DNA of 60,487 bases. Origin: Flavobacteriales bacterium. GTDB taxonomy: Bacteria > Bacteroidota > Bacteroidia > NS11-12g > UBA955. This document shows, one piece after another, positions 20,379 to 31,116 of the stretch; positions within the stretch are counted from its first letter, which is position 1, and each line of letters begins with the position of its first letter. Position numbers and translations under genes: made by a program. The notes beneath the pieces are model-generated. The model searched no databases. It was not told the DNA's origin and worked only from the letters and a program-made list of their open reading frames with translations. Location: positions 1 to 60,487 of the forward strand of contig CANKVM010000002.1 in the NCBI GenBank assembly GCA_947487175.1, read 5' to 3'.

Positions 20379-21353
20379 TTGTCCGAAAATCAACACCATA
20401 TCATCCAAAAAGTCGCAGTTGAAGCAATTCAAAACGAATTAACGTCGTTGAAAGTTTTACCTTCATTTATTCAAAACGACTTTATAAAAGCCATTGAAAT
20501 CATTTTGGCTTCTGAGGGAAGAGTGGTCTTGACAGGAATTGGAAAAAGTGCAATCATTGCTCAAAAGATCAGCGCTACCATGAACAGCACGGGTCAGCCC
20601 GCCTTATTTATGCACGCCGCAGATGCCATTCATGGCGATTTGGGAATGATTCAAAAAAATGATGTTATCATTGCCATTTCAAAAAGTGGAAATACGCCTG
20701 AAATTAAAGCGCTCGCTCCCTTGTTGAAGCAGTTTGGCAATACATTGGTAGCAATAGTAGGTAACATGAATTCTGAATTGGCAAAAATGGCCGATTTGGT
20801 TATCGATACAACCGTTGATAAAGAAGCTTGCCCCAATAATTTAGCACCTACCACAAGCACCACGGCCCAATTAATTATGGGAGACGCCATTGCCGTTTCT
20901 TTATTACAACTTAGAAATTTTTCAGGACAAGATTTTTCTAAATACCACCCAGGTGGAGCACTAGGAAAAAAATTATATCTGAAGTGTGAGGAAATTGCAA
21001 CAAGAAATGCCAAACCTCAGGTTTTACCCACAGATCCTTGGAAAAAAGTAATCGTTACAATTACAGAGAGTCGCCTTGGTGCAACTGCAGTAATTGATAA
21101 TCAAAATAACATATTAGGCATTGTTACTGATGGCGACATCAGAAGAATGCTCAACAAATTTGAAGACTTCTCTCATTTAACAGCCCAAAATATCATGTCA
21201 ATGAATCCGCTTACAATCGATGCAGAATCTCTTGCAGCGAAAGCAGGTAATTATATGCAAGAAAAAAAAATAACCCAACTTATTGTTACTAAAAACAACC
21301 AATATTTGGGGTTAATACATCTGCATGACCTATATTCAGAGGGCATTATTTAA
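20379..21353 (+). CDS. kpsF: KpsF/GutQ family arabinose-5-phosphate isomerase (SIS + tandem CBS domains)
   Basis: 324 aa. GRVVLTGIGKSAIIAQKISATMNSTGQPALFMHAADAIHGDLGM, then CBS pair. TTG start (no upstream ATG in frame). Confidence 0.85.
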   Translation: MSENQHHIIQKVAVEAIQNELTSLKVLPSFIQNDFIKAIEIILASEGRVVLTGIGKSAIIAQKISATMNSTGQPALFMHAADAIHGDLGMIQKNDVIIAISKSGNTPEIKALAPLLKQFGNTLVAIVGNMNSELAKMADLVIDTTVDKEACPNNLAPTTSTTAQLIMGDAIAVSLLQLRNFSGQDFSKYHPGGALGKKLYLKCEEIATRNAKPQVLPTDPWKKVIVTITESRLGATAVIDNQNNILGIVTDGDIRRMLNKFEDFSHLTAQNIMSMNPLTIDAESLAAKAGNYMQEKKITQLIVTKNNQYLGLIHLHDLYSEGII

Positions 21354-21360
21354 TTTAAAA

Positions 21361-22440
21361 ATGAAAAATAAAAACCATTATGTAATTATTATGGCAGGCG
21401 GAATCGGATCGCGATTTTGGCCAGTGAGTAAAAAGAATTTTCCTAAACAATTTATGGATATTTTGGGAACGGGACAATCACTTATTACCCAAACATACAT
21501 GCGTTTTGCGGAATTTATTCCTGAAGAAAACATTTATATCGTTACCAACAAAGATTACGTTGAATTGGTTCAAACACATATTCCAAGTATTCAAAGAAAT
21601 CAGATATTGGAAGAGCCATTGGCTCGAAATACTGCACCGTGTATTGCCTTGGCAACATATAAGTTAAAGCAGATTAATCCCAATGCAATTTGCATTATTG
21701 CCCCTTCAGATCATTTAATTACCCAAGAAAAGCAGTTCATTGAAACTTCTTTGAAGGCTTTAGATTTTGCTGAAGAAAATGATGCTTTGGTAACTTTGGG
21801 AATTCAACCAAGCCGTCCAGATACGGGTTATGGCTATATCCAATACAATCCCAAAACTTCATCTAACGGAATTCATGAAGTAAAAACATTCACTGAAAAA
21901 CCAACCGAAGAAATTGCAAAGAGCTTTATTGAGAGCGGTGAATTTTTATGGAATGCGGGTATTTTTGTTTGGAGCTTAAATGCAATTGCAAATAGATTCG
22001 AACACCTATTGCCTGAAATTCACCAACTTTTTAGTGAATTGGATTTTAATTCCCCAAATATTTCAAATGAATTAGAAATCACCTACGGCCAGTGCCCCAG
22101 CATTTCTATTGACTATGGAATTATGGAAAAAGATAAGAACGTTTTTGTACTTCCATCTAACTTTGGTTGGAGCGATCTTGGTACGTGGAAAAGTTTATGG
22201 GATGTGTCTAAAAAAGACAGTTCAAACAATAGTTTAATAGGAAACAATATTCGCGCTTACCAATCAAGTGAAAGTTTGGTATTCTCTAACAACGAGAAAC
22301 TATTGGTAATTAGTGGTTTAGAAAATGTGGTGGTGGTTGATTCAGACGACGTGCTACTCATCATGAACAAAGACAAAGAACAAGAATTACGAAACATAGT
22401 GAATGAAATAAAGGACAAATTCAAAGGAAAATATAATTAA
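21361..22440 (+). CDS. manC: Mannose-1-phosphate guanylyltransferase (nucleotidyltransferase only)
   Basis: Starts MKNKNHYVIIMAGGIGSRFWPVSKKNFPKQF. The ATG at 21361 is preferred to the ORF-track 21325, which overlaps kpsF. Confidence 0.85.
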   Translation: MKNKNHYVIIMAGGIGSRFWPVSKKNFPKQFMDILGTGQSLITQTYMRFAEFIPEENIYIVTNKDYVELVQTHIPSIQRNQILEEPLARNTAPCIALATYKLKQINPNAICIIAPSDHLITQEKQFIETSLKALDFAEENDALVTLGIQPSRPDTGYGYIQYNPKTSSNGIHEVKTFTEKPTEEIAKSFIESGEFLWNAGIFVWSLNAIANRFEHLLPEIHQLFSELDFNSPNISNELEITYGQCPSISIDYGIMEKDKNVFVLPSNFGWSDLGTWKSLWDVSKKDSSNNSLIGNNIRAYQSSESLVFSNNEKLLVISGLENVVVVDSDDVLLIMNKDKEQELRNIVNEIKDKFKGKYN

Positions 22441-22462
22441 CAATTTTTTTACCCATTTGTAC

Positions 22463-22493
22463 TTGATTTAATAATTTTGGTGCCGTATATTTG
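22463..22493 (+). promoter_or_regulatory. Candidate promoter (TTG-N20-TATATTTG) in the manC/EamA intergenic region
   Basis: TTG at 22463-22465 and an exact TAnnTTTG at 22486-22493, with spacing within the Bacteroidota -33/-7 range. Confidence 0.4.
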
Positions 22494-22556
22494 TACTGTT
22501 ATCGATTATTCGGTAACGCCAACTGTTACGCGCTTTTATAATACCAACAACATCCT

Positions 22557-22588
22557 GGCCGTGCCTTCTAGCGCGGCCTTGATTTTTT
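22557..22588 (+). terminator. Intrinsic terminator hairpin + U-tract, either the manC terminator or an attenuator in the EamA leader
   Basis: GGCCGUGC (22557-64) pairs with GCGCGGCC (22571-78): 8 bp including one G-U, with a 6-nt loop. Followed by TTGATTTTTT. It ends 12 nt before GTG 22600. Confidence 0.55.
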
Positions 22589-22599
22589 AAAGCCATCTT

Positions 22600-23544
22600 G
22601 TGAAACAATCTCAAAACTTTAAAGCACTTCTTTTTCTTCATATTGCAGTTTTTCTGTGGGGATTTACCGCCATTTTTGGCAAACTTATCTCTTATGGTTC
22701 CACAACGCTCGTTTGGCATAGAATGACAATTGCGGCACTTGCCTATTTTCTTCTTCCTACTGTTTGGAAAGGATTAAAAACCATTTCATTTACTCATTTT
22801 CGAACATTTTTTGGAATTGGAATTATTGTTTGTGCCCACTGGCTCACTTTCTATGGAAGTATTAAACTAGGGAATTCAGTTTCAATCACGCTCGCTTGTC
22901 TTGGGTCTGCTTCGTTTTTTGCCGCAATTATTGAACCCATTATTCTTAAATCGAAATTTATTAAAAAAGACATTCTCATTGGTTTAGTAGTTATTGTTGG
23001 GGTTCTATTTATAAGCTTTTCACTACCTGAAAATAACAACATAAACATTTCATATCCCGCTGCAATAGGAACAGGCTTAATCAGCGCTGCTTTGGCAGCC
23101 TTATTTACAACACTCAACAAGAAAAACATAGAGAAGTCACATCCATTAACAATTAGCGCCATAGAAATGCTCGCTGGAGCTGTATTGCTTTCTATTATTG
23201 TTCCACTAACCACTCAAAATACCATTTGGTATCCTCAAATGGATATAACCAAGTTTGATCCTCTGCATCTGCAAAATGGTGCGCTCGATTTGGTTTGGGT
23301 GCTTGTACTTGCAATTTTTTGCACCAACCTTACATTTTATCTTGGAACCTACTCGCTAAAATATCTCAGTGCTTTTACCGCCAACTTAACCGTAAACCTT
23401 GAGCCTATTTATGGAATTGTCTTAGGAATATTAATTTTCCACGAAAATAACGAACTCAATATGAAGTTTTATATCGGCACTATCATCATTATTAGCGCCA
23501 TCTTTATCAATCCAATTTTATCCCTCAGAAAAAATGAAAATTGA
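22600..23544 (+). CDS. EamA/DMT superfamily transporter
   Basis: 314 aa, about 10 TM helices in two halves. The N-terminus FLHIAVFLWGFTAIFGKL is typical of EamA domains. GTG start. Confidence 0.85.
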   Translation: MKQSQNFKALLFLHIAVFLWGFTAIFGKLISYGSTTLVWHRMTIAALAYFLLPTVWKGLKTISFTHFRTFFGIGIIVCAHWLTFYGSIKLGNSVSITLACLGSASFFAAIIEPIILKSKFIKKDILIGLVVIVGVLFISFSLPENNNINISYPAAIGTGLISAALAALFTTLNKKNIEKSHPLTISAIEMLAGAVLLSIIVPLTTQNTIWYPQMDITKFDPLHLQNGALDLVWVLVLAIFCTNLTFYLGTYSLKYLSAFTANLTVNLEPIYGIVLGILIFHENNELNMKFYIGTIIIISAIFINPILSLRKNEN

Positions 23545-24094
23545 AGATATCACAAATCTCATTGAAAGTAGACGTAGCCATTTTGCCAAAGAATTTAATG
23601 GCAAAATAGCTCCAAAGTCCCTCATAGAAAATTTAGTTAACAATGCCAATTGGGCACCATCTCATAAGTTAACAATGCCTTGGCATTTTGTTGTTTTTGA
23701 AGGAAATTCAATGCAAATCCTTACCAATAAAATTCTTGAAATACAAACCGTGAATAATCCAGAAATGGACGAGGCTAAAATTTCGAAAATAAAAAATATC
23801 CCTCAAAAAGTATCTCATATCATTGCAATTTGCCTCAAACCAAGTTTCAAAGTTCCCCTTTGGGAAGAATATTGTAGTATTGGCGCAGCCGTTCAAAACA
23901 TCTATCTTACATTAAATACCCAAAATGATTTTGGGGGATATTGGACCACCGGAAACGCTACAAACTCGCCAGAAATGAAAGAATATCTGGGGCTTGAGGA
24001 AACGCATGAACACCTTGGATTTTTCTTTATTGGTGGATTAGACGAAAAGAGAACCTTGGCGCATAGAAACACTGTTAGCGTTGAATGGAAATAA
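23534..24094 (+). CDS. Nitroreductase family protein
   Basis: 186 aa. RRSHFAKEF N-terminal motif, APSHKLTMPWHFVVF. 11-nt overlap with the upstream gene. Confidence 0.85.
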   Translation: MKIEDITNLIESRRSHFAKEFNGKIAPKSLIENLVNNANWAPSHKLTMPWHFVVFEGNSMQILTNKILEIQTVNNPEMDEAKISKIKNIPQKVSHIIAICLKPSFKVPLWEEYCSIGAAVQNIYLTLNTQNDFGGYWTTGNATNSPEMKEYLGLEETHEHLGFFFIGGLDEKRTLAHRNTVSVEWK

Positions 24095-24098
24095 AAAA

Positions 24099-24120
24099 GC
24101 CAATTGAAAATTCAATTGGC
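24099..24120. terminator. Bidirectional hairpin terminator between convergent nitroreductase and proS genes
   Basis: Perfect inverted repeat GCCAATTGAA/TTCAATTGGC flanked by an A-tract (T-tract on the minus strand). Confidence 0.6.
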
Positions 24121-24144
24121 CTTCTTATTGCATAAAGATTTAGA

Positions 24145-25623
24145 TTAATACGATTTCGCAAAAACCACCCTTTGTTTTGATGGGTTTCCGGTAAATACAC
24201 ACTTTCCTTCTTCTAATTGATTGTCTAAAGGAATACAACGAATTGTAGCCTTTGTAAGTTCCTTAATTTTTGCTTCAGTTTCATTTGTACCATCCCAATG
24301 GGCATAAGCAAAACCTTGTTTGTTGTTGATTACATCTAAAAATTCATCCCAATTATTGGCGTCAAAATATCTTTCTTTTCTGAAATCTAATGCTTTTTGA
24401 AACAATGATTGTTGAATTTCATCTAACAAATTCGAAATAAAAGAAGCAATGCCTTCGGTTGATAAAACTTCTTTGGTTTTGATATCTCTGCGGGCCAATT
24501 CAATGGTGCCATTTGCAAAATCTCTAGGCCCCATAGCCAAACGCACTGGAACACCTTTTAATTCCCACTCAGCAAATTTATAGCCAGGTTTGTGGGTATC
24601 GCGGTTATCTAATTTTACAGAAATGCCCAATTTTTTCAATTCACCGAGAATGCCATTCAACCTTTCACAAATTTGTGTAAACTCTTCATCAGTTTTATAA
24701 ATTGGCACTGCTACCACTTGAATTGGAGCCAATTTAGGTGGCAACACAAGTCCCTCGTCGTCACTGTGAACCATAATCAAAGCACCCATTAAACGGGTAG
24801 AAACCCCCCAACTGGTTGCCCAAACATAATCAAGGGTTCCTTCTTTACTTTGGAACTTTACATCAAAAGCTTTTGCGAAATTCTGACCTAAAAAGTGAGA
24901 AGTTCCCATTTGAAGTGCCTTACCATCTTGCATCATTCCTTCAATACAATAAGTTTCGTCGGCACCTGCAAAACGTTCTTTCTCAGTTTTCAATCCTTTA
25001 ATAACAGGAATAGCCATAAACGTTTCTGCAAACTCTGCATAGACCTCTAACATTTGTTCAGTTTCTGCAATTGCCTCCGTTTTGGTTGCGTGAGCAGTAT
25101 GTCCCTCCTGCCATAAAAACTCGGCTGTTCTCAAGAACAAACGGGTTCTCATTTCCCAACGAACCACATTGGCCCATTGGTTGATTAGAATTGGCAAATC
25201 ACGATAGCTTTGAATCCAATTCTTATAGGTATTCCAAATAATTGCCTCACTAGTAGGTCTAACAATCAACTCTTCGGTTAATTTAGAATCTGGATCAGGA
25301 ATCAATTTTCCGGGATTTTCAGGATCTGGCTTTAATCTATAATGGGTTACAATTGCACATTCTTTGGCAAATCCTTCCGCATTTTTCTCTTCTTTTTCGA
25401 ACAAGCTTTTGGGAACAAACAATGGAAAATAAGCATTGCTATGACCAGTGTCTTTGAACATCTGATCTAGTTGGCGTTGCATTTTTTCCCAAATTGCATA
25501 GCCATATGGTTTGATTACCATACATCCTTTTACAGCACTGTGTTCAGCTAAATCGGCATTGTTTACCAAGTTATTGTACCACTCACTGTAATTCTCACTG
25601 CGTTTTATTTTCTCGAAAGCCAT
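24145..25623 (-). CDS. proS: Proline--tRNA ligase (archaeal/eukaryote-like class IIa type)
   Basis: Starts [20 protein letters not shown].. (492 aa), with class II motifs. The ORF-track start 25656 lies upstream of the candidate -7 box, so ATG 25623 is preferred. Confidence 0.9.
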   Translation of the reverse strand: MAFEKIKRSENYSEWYNNLVNNADLAEHSAVKGCMVIKPYGYAIWEKMQRQLDQMFKDTGHSNAYFPLFVPKSLFEKEEKNAEGFAKECAIVTHYRLKPDPENPGKLIPDPDSKLTEELIVRPTSEAIIWNTYKNWIQSYRDLPILINQWANVVRWEMRTRLFLRTAEFLWQEGHTAHATKTEAIAETEQMLEVYAEFAETFMAIPVIKGLKTEKERFAGADETYCIEGMMQDGKALQMGTSHFLGQNFAKAFDVKFQSKEGTLDYVWATSWGVSTRLMGALIMVHSDDEGLVLPPKLAPIQVVAVPIYKTDEEFTQICERLNGILGELKKLGISVKLDNRDTHKPGYKFAEWELKGVPVRLAMGPRDFANGTIELARRDIKTKEVLSTEGIASFISNLLDEIQQSLFQKALDFRKERYFDANNWDEFLDVINNKQGFAYAHWDGTNETEAKIKELTKATIRCIPLDNQLEEGKCVFTGNPSKQRVVFAKSY

Positions 25624-25638
25624 TTGAATAATATGAGG

Positions 25639-25646
25639 CAAATTTA
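25639..25646 (-). promoter_or_regulatory. Candidate -7 box TAAATTTG for proS
   Basis: Exact TAnnTTTG on the minus strand, 15 nt upstream of ATG 25623. Confidence 0.35.
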
Positions 25647-25694
25647 CAAAATTCAACCAACTAAAAGGGTTAAACTTACAAAAAGGAATGATTA

Positions 25695-28600
25695 TTAGCG
25701 CAAAACGGTTACATCACCGCTAAATGGATACCATTTACCATCGGTTCCTTTGACATTTACAATGTAAACATATACCCCGCCAGGAACAATTTCACTTCTG
25801 TAAATACCATCCCATCCGCTGCCACATCCTTGTCCCTCATAAATTTTCTCACCCCAACGATTGAAAATTTTCATGGTATAATTTGCAATAAAAATGCCCT
25901 CTGGTTTAAACAACTCATTCAAATTATTTCCGTTCGGTGTAAAGGCATTGGGAATAAATACTTTAGTTTTCACACCTGGATCGTCAACATTGCTACAACT
26001 ATTGTTAAACCAAGAACTATCAACACCCACCGTTTTGTTTCTCAATGCGGTAATGCGATATTCCAAATTAGGCAAGCAGTTTAAACTTGGCAAAGGATCA
26101 ATATAATTTGAATCCGAAGATGCAACACGATCAATTTCAACAAGTCCATTTCCGCTATTTCGCTCCACAATATATTCTTTAACCCCTTCTGACCATTCAA
26201 TATATTTATTCCATTGCAACAATGGATAATATTGATTTGTAAGCGAAACATCCAACAAAATAGATTGCGAAATCAATGTAAATTTGCTACTGTCGCCACA
26301 TTCATCGATTCCCAAAACCTTATAAATTGCACTGTAATTATCTACTGAAAATGATTTATCATTTACTACCAGTGAATCAGACTTTGCGCTCAACACCCAA
26401 ATATTCTTAAATGTAGACGATTTGCTTTCTTTTCCAACAATTACAAACCTTTCTAAAGGTATTTTATTTTTTACAAGTTGCTGCCATTCCACCCTCACAT
26501 ATTGATCGTTCAGAACAGTAGCACGTTTCATTTCAGGTGGGGCAACTTGATTCATATAAATTGGAGAAACATGACAAGTATCACTCCAACTAAATTCATT
26601 TAATCCACCAAATTCATAAGCCTTTACTCTGTAATGATGCACTTTGTAACATTTGATACTTGTATCAATATAACTCAACGCTAATCCAGAAACTTGTCCG
26701 ATACTATCAAAATTCGACGTTCCAATTTGCCTGTAAACCACATAACGATCAACAGGCCACCCAACGTAACTGCTCCAATTTAAAATACTTGCATTTAAAG
26801 CGGATTTACCACGGAGTTCAACTGTACAATGTTTGTTTAATGATACTTCCTTTTGTGTGAAGTTACACAAATTTGTACTCGCTATTTTATAACAATCGCT
26901 TCGATGAAGCGCATCAACACCCCCAATTTGAATCATGGTATCTGTTACATTCGACAAAGAATTAATTGGCACAAATCCAGCACCTTTGTCGGCATAAACG
27001 ATATAGTTTGAAAAATCAAACGAAGGGTATTTTTTCCAAACCAATTCATGCGTCACATCATTCACTACACTTACCCTTCTCCAAGTTGGATCCAAAGGAA
27101 TTACGGTATCACCAACTTGAATAGTAATTTCAGATTGTGCGGTATCCCAACAACCCAATTTGTCAGAAACGAAATACTGCAAATGATAAATATCTGATTT
27201 TTGAGGGACAAAATTAAATGTCAAACCTGTTTGGCTCGGCAATCCATTGAATAACCAATATGAATTTTGAATGGCAGTGTCTGAAAAGACTTTTGCATTT
27301 GCCGACCACTTTTGGCCCAAACAAACTAAACTTGTGTTAGATGTAATTTGCACAGAAGGTTGAGTGAGTTTTACTCCAAATTTCAAGGTATCAAAACACT
27401 CATTTTTAGATTTCACAATCAACTGAACACTGTTGCTTTTAGATATGAACTTATGTTTGACAGAATCACCCATAACGCTCAAATTCTCATTCAAAAAGCC
27501 CCATTTCACCATTGTGATTGGTGCATCGGAACAAGTGCTTGTTGACTTGAATTGAATTGAATCTCGCAAGCATAAACCTTGTTTGGTAAATTGCGTTTGG
27601 GGATTGTCAAAAACAAAAATCGTATCTGTTGGCCTGATTATGCGTTTACAACCAAATGAATCCTTCAAAATCAATGCGGGCATGTATTTTCCAGGAACAC
27701 TGTATTTGTGAATAGCATTATTCCCTGTAACCACCATACCATCTCCATAGTCCCACTCTTTATAGGCGGTTTGCGTATTAACACTATCGCTAAAACTCAC
27801 AAATAATGGCAAACATCCTTTATTCGGAGTAAATGAAAATTTACCATCAGGACCAGGAACCAAAATTAAATATAAAAAGGTTTTACTATTTGAACATCCC
27901 AATGAATCTGTAATGGTCAATGAAATGGTATATTTCCCTGGATTCAAATATTGGTGACTTGGATGCTGCAAAATTGAAGTGCTTTTATCTCCAAAATCCC
28001 ACAACCATTTTCTTATTGAAACATTCGAAGACAAACTTGAATCCCTGAAATTCACCAACATTGGTGGACATTTGGTGCCTACTGTGGTATAATTTACCCT
28101 GACCTTCAAACGCTCACCAGGAAAATAAACCTGATATTGTTGCTTTGCATAACAGTTCGACCCATCAGTAACAACTACGGTAACTGTGTAATTTCCAGAA
28201 TCGGCGTATTTGTGGTTGATATTCTGGGATGTATATTTATTGCCATCTCCCATATCCCAAGAATACATGTAAACATCAGACAAGCGCTTCTTGTCAATAT
28301 ATCCCTTCAAGTTGCTTGTAGAGCAGGTATGTTCCCAAATAAGCCTAGTTTTGAAGCCCGGTCCTTTTATTGGAATTGGAATCAAGGTACTCGGTTCACA
28401 TATTGAAGTACCTTCGGTTATTAATCGTGCCCAAAGTGTATCTTTAAATGAATTTTGAATGGTATATTTTGTATTGGTTGAATTAATTCGCAGGGTGTCA
28501 CCGTTACTCAAAATCCATAAATGTTTCTTCCTTGAAGAGTAACTACTATCTGTAAAAACGATATCAGCGGGCAAACAAGTGGTTGGCTTTGTAACAGAAC

Positions 28601-31010
28601 CCTTTAAATTTGATTCGCCTACGTCAAAAACAATGCTATCATACTGCTTACAATACTTTGTATAATTCACAATGAGTTTAATTTTGTAAATCCCAGCTGA
28701 ATCAAATTTAAAGTTAAATGCCGTTCTTCCCCATGCGGTATCCTTACCATTGATATTCCAATACACAGAATTTGCAGGAAAACCATCTACTGAAAGACTT
28801 GCAAAACCAGGAGCACATAATTTTGAATTAAGAACCGTAATTCTCCCTATTGGAGATGGTGGTGTAACAAAATAGGGTTGTACAGTATCCCAACAACCAC
28901 TTGAATCATCCCAAACCCTTAAAATAACACTGTGGTATTTTGAGGGATCTAATTCTACTGAGTCAGTATAATACGATTTACCATCAATAAACCATTTGAA
29001 TTTGGTGTATTTAGAAGAAACATTTGTTACATAAAGCTTTTTAGTATTACAAATATCGTAACTGTATAAAACTTTGGCATAAGCAGCCACCACTTTAAAA
29101 GAATCAACCTGAAAGGCAGTATCAGGACATCCATTGTGATAAGAAATTAGATGAGGAACTACCCATCCTGTATCTCTGTCATAGGTATGTTTTACATTGG
29201 TTTTGGTATATGGCGTTGGCAATTTCCCCCATGGCTTTATCATGGCAACTGATGATTTATTCGAAGAATCATCGAATACCCAACGAAAACTATCAATAGT
29301 AAAACCTGGATATTTTGTGGCATTCACAAACTTGATTGGATCGGTATTGTTACAAATTAAACCAAGTCTATCTGTGAAAAAACGCGGGTTTGTTTTCATG
29401 CCCACTTTAACTATAAAATTCCTTTCGGTTATACAATTCTTATAGATTTTAACAAAAGCCTTAACCGTAAAAGTACCCGTGTCTAAAAACATACGTTTTA
29501 CTTTTTTTGTGTAATAAACATCATTGTTACCAAAGTCCCAACCATAACCCATGATTTGACGGTTTGTTGAAACGTTCATGTCTCCTACAAATAAAAATGG
29601 AACACAGCCAGTCAAAACTCCAATTGGAGTAATTGAAGTAATATTGGTTTGTAAATTCTCGTATACAATTGAATCGGTACAACCATATTCATTGGTAACA
29701 ACCGCAACAATATCATTGATTGCCTTATTTCCAATTTTTGTTTTTAAGGGATTTGTATTTCCCAAATAATACCTTGCTGTATACGAACCCATATCTACTT
29801 TGGCAAACCATTGAATTGACTTGATTTTTGCTGTATCTACGTAAGTGGCTTCAATATCAAATGGAATAGGACAAGGAAATGAATCTTTCAATACTATTTT
29901 ACCATTGGGTTTGGGATTAATTCTGATGTAATTGCTTTTAGTTAGCTGTGCCGAACATGATCTAAAAATAGACTGCACTTTCAAACTAACAGAATAAATA
30001 CCGGCGTTGTTATAAATATGCGATGGAAAAGCCTTGCTTGATTTTGTGCCATCTCCAAAATTCCATTCAAACTTCAAACCGCCGTTAAAAGTGCTCTTAT
30101 TATCAAAATTCACCAACCCTGGACCACAAAATATAGTTTGATCTGCCAAGAAATCCGCTTTTAAAGGACCTAAATAAAGTCCATTAACAAATGCAAATGA
30201 ATCGGTACAACCGGAAGCATCTGTAACTTTTAAAGAAACAGTATAGGTTCCTAAAGAGGAATATTTGTGACGTGGATTTTTCAAATTACTGTTAGTTCCA
30301 TCACCAAAATACCAAGTATAGGTTAATCCAGTTCCTGTACTTTTATTTACAAATGGAATCCAAGTTGGAACAACACAATCATATCCTGAATCAATGCCAA
30401 AGGCAGCCACGGGATTAGGATTTACCTTAATAATTTTATTGAGTTGGATTTTGTCTTGGCAACCATGTCCATCGGTAACCACCAAAGAAACCGAAAACAC
30501 ACCAGAAGCATTATAAATGTGTACTGGATTTTTAGTATTCAAAACAGTTCCATCACCCATATCCCAACTGTATTTTGTTATGGCCGTATCACCCGAGGTG
30601 CAGTTTTCAGTAAAACTGATTGATTTACCGGCACAAATTGAGGATGGGGTATATGTAAAATTTGCTTTTGGCGACTTATAAGCGGTTATAAAATTGGTTT
30701 GAGTGTAGGTAGTTTTATTTCCTTTTGAATCTGTAACAATTAATTTAACTGTGTATTTTCCTGGATTATAATAAATTGCAGAAGGATTTTGAAGAACACT
30801 GGTATTTCCATTTCCCAAATCCCAACTCCAACTAACAGCCCCAACAGATAAATCTACAAATGCAACAGTTAAGGGGGTGCAACCTTTTGTGTTTTTTGCA
30901 GTAAATTTTGCTTGAGCGTTTAATGTATTGGCCACAAATAGTAATATTAAAGCAATTAGCCAATGGCGTATCACTTTCAAATCATTACAATATTTATGAA
31001 TTTCAAACAT
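25695..31010 (-). CDS. Giant PKD-repeat surface protein with T9SS type B (gliding motility-associated) C-terminal domain
   Basis: 1771 aa with signal peptide. Many PKD repeats ([37 protein letters not shown]..). C-terminus [43 protein letters not shown]. Confidence 0.9.
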   Translation of the reverse strand: MFEIHKYCNDLKVIRHWLIALILLFVANTLNAQAKFTAKNTKGCTPLTVAFVDLSVGAVSWSWDLGNGNTSVLQNPSAIYYNPGKYTVKLIVTDSKGNKTTYTQTNFITAYKSPKANFTYTPSSICAGKSISFTENCTSGDTAITKYSWDMGDGTVLNTKNPVHIYNASGVFSVSLVVTDGHGCQDKIQLNKIIKVNPNPVAAFGIDSGYDCVVPTWIPFVNKSTGTGLTYTWYFGDGTNSNLKNPRHKYSSLGTYTVSLKVTDASGCTDSFAFVNGLYLGPLKADFLADQTIFCGPGLVNFDNKSTFNGGLKFEWNFGDGTKSSKAFPSHIYNNAGIYSVSLKVQSIFRSCSAQLTKSNYIRINPKPNGKIVLKDSFPCPIPFDIEATYVDTAKIKSIQWFAKVDMGSYTARYYLGNTNPLKTKIGNKAINDIVAVVTNEYGCTDSIVYENLQTNITSITPIGVLTGCVPFLFVGDMNVSTNRQIMGYGWDFGNNDVYYTKKVKRMFLDTGTFTVKAFVKIYKNCITERNFIVKVGMKTNPRFFTDRLGLICNNTDPIKFVNATKYPGFTIDSFRWVFDDSSNKSSVAMIKPWGKLPTPYTKTNVKHTYDRDTGWVVPHLISYHNGCPDTAFQVDSFKVVAAYAKVLYSYDICNTKKLYVTNVSSKYTKFKWFIDGKSYYTDSVELDPSKYHSVILRVWDDSSGCWDTVQPYFVTPPSPIGRITVLNSKLCAPGFASLSVDGFPANSVYWNINGKDTAWGRTAFNFKFDSAGIYKIKLIVNYTKYCKQYDSIVFDVGESNLKGSVTKPTTCLPADIVFTDSSYSSRKKHLWILSNGDTLRINSTNTKYTIQNSFKDTLWARLITEGTSICEPSTLIPIPIKGPGFKTRLIWEHTCSTSNLKGYIDKKRLSDVYMYSWDMGDGNKYTSQNINHKYADSGNYTVTVVVTDGSNCYAKQQYQVYFPGERLKVRVNYTTVGTKCPPMLVNFRDSSLSSNVSIRKWLWDFGDKSTSILQHPSHQYLNPGKYTISLTITDSLGCSNSKTFLYLILVPGPDGKFSFTPNKGCLPLFVSFSDSVNTQTAYKEWDYGDGMVVTGNNAIHKYSVPGKYMPALILKDSFGCKRIIRPTDTIFVFDNPQTQFTKQGLCLRDSIQFKSTSTCSDAPITMVKWGFLNENLSVMGDSVKHKFISKSNSVQLIVKSKNECFDTLKFGVKLTQPSVQITSNTSLVCLGQKWSANAKVFSDTAIQNSYWLFNGLPSQTGLTFNFVPQKSDIYHLQYFVSDKLGCWDTAQSEITIQVGDTVIPLDPTWRRVSVVNDVTHELVWKKYPSFDFSNYIVYADKGAGFVPINSLSNVTDTMIQIGGVDALHRSDCYKIASTNLCNFTQKEVSLNKHCTVELRGKSALNASILNWSSYVGWPVDRYVVYRQIGTSNFDSIGQVSGLALSYIDTSIKCYKVHHYRVKAYEFGGLNEFSWSDTCHVSPIYMNQVAPPEMKRATVLNDQYVRVEWQQLVKNKIPLERFVIVGKESKSSTFKNIWVLSAKSDSLVVNDKSFSVDNYSAIYKVLGIDECGDSSKFTLISQSILLDVSLTNQYYPLLQWNKYIEWSEGVKEYIVERNSGNGLVEIDRVASSDSNYIDPLPSLNCLPNLEYRITALRNKTVGVDSSWFNNSCSNVDDPGVKTKVFIPNAFTPNGNNLNELFKPEGIFIANYTMKIFNRWGEKIYEGQGCGSGWDGIYRSEIVPGGVYVYIVNVKGTDGKWYPFSGDVTVLR

Positions 31011-31051
31011 TAAAAAACTATAATTGATAGTAAAGATACAATAAAAACTAT

Positions 31052-31089
31052 AATAAAAACAAAAGAGGCTCCCTAACGAGAGCCTCTTT
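31052..31089 (-). terminator. Rho-independent terminator of nrdJ
   Basis: 10-bp stem AAAGAGGCTC/GAGCCTCTTT (31062-31071 / 31080-31089) with an 8-nt loop. Followed on the minus strand by TGTTTTTATTA. Confidence 0.7.
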
Positions 31090-31116
31090 ATACTTAAAAT
31101 TGCAAATATTAACCTC

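Noticed and set aside
21262-21270. A9 homopolymer inside kpsF as a potential phase-variation tract
   Set aside because: Runs of 8-9 A or T occur repeatedly in this AT-rich window, both in coding and non-coding DNA (for example T9 at about 34727-34735). The tract encodes in-frame EKK, and nothing else suggests slipped-strand regulation.
22468-22719. 83-aa very basic minus-strand ORF spanning the manC/EamA spacer and the EamA 5' end
   Set aside because: It overlaps the first about 40 codons (first TM helix) of the EamA gene and the promoter/terminator elements. It has no motif, and its composition looks like antisense of A/T-rich sequence.
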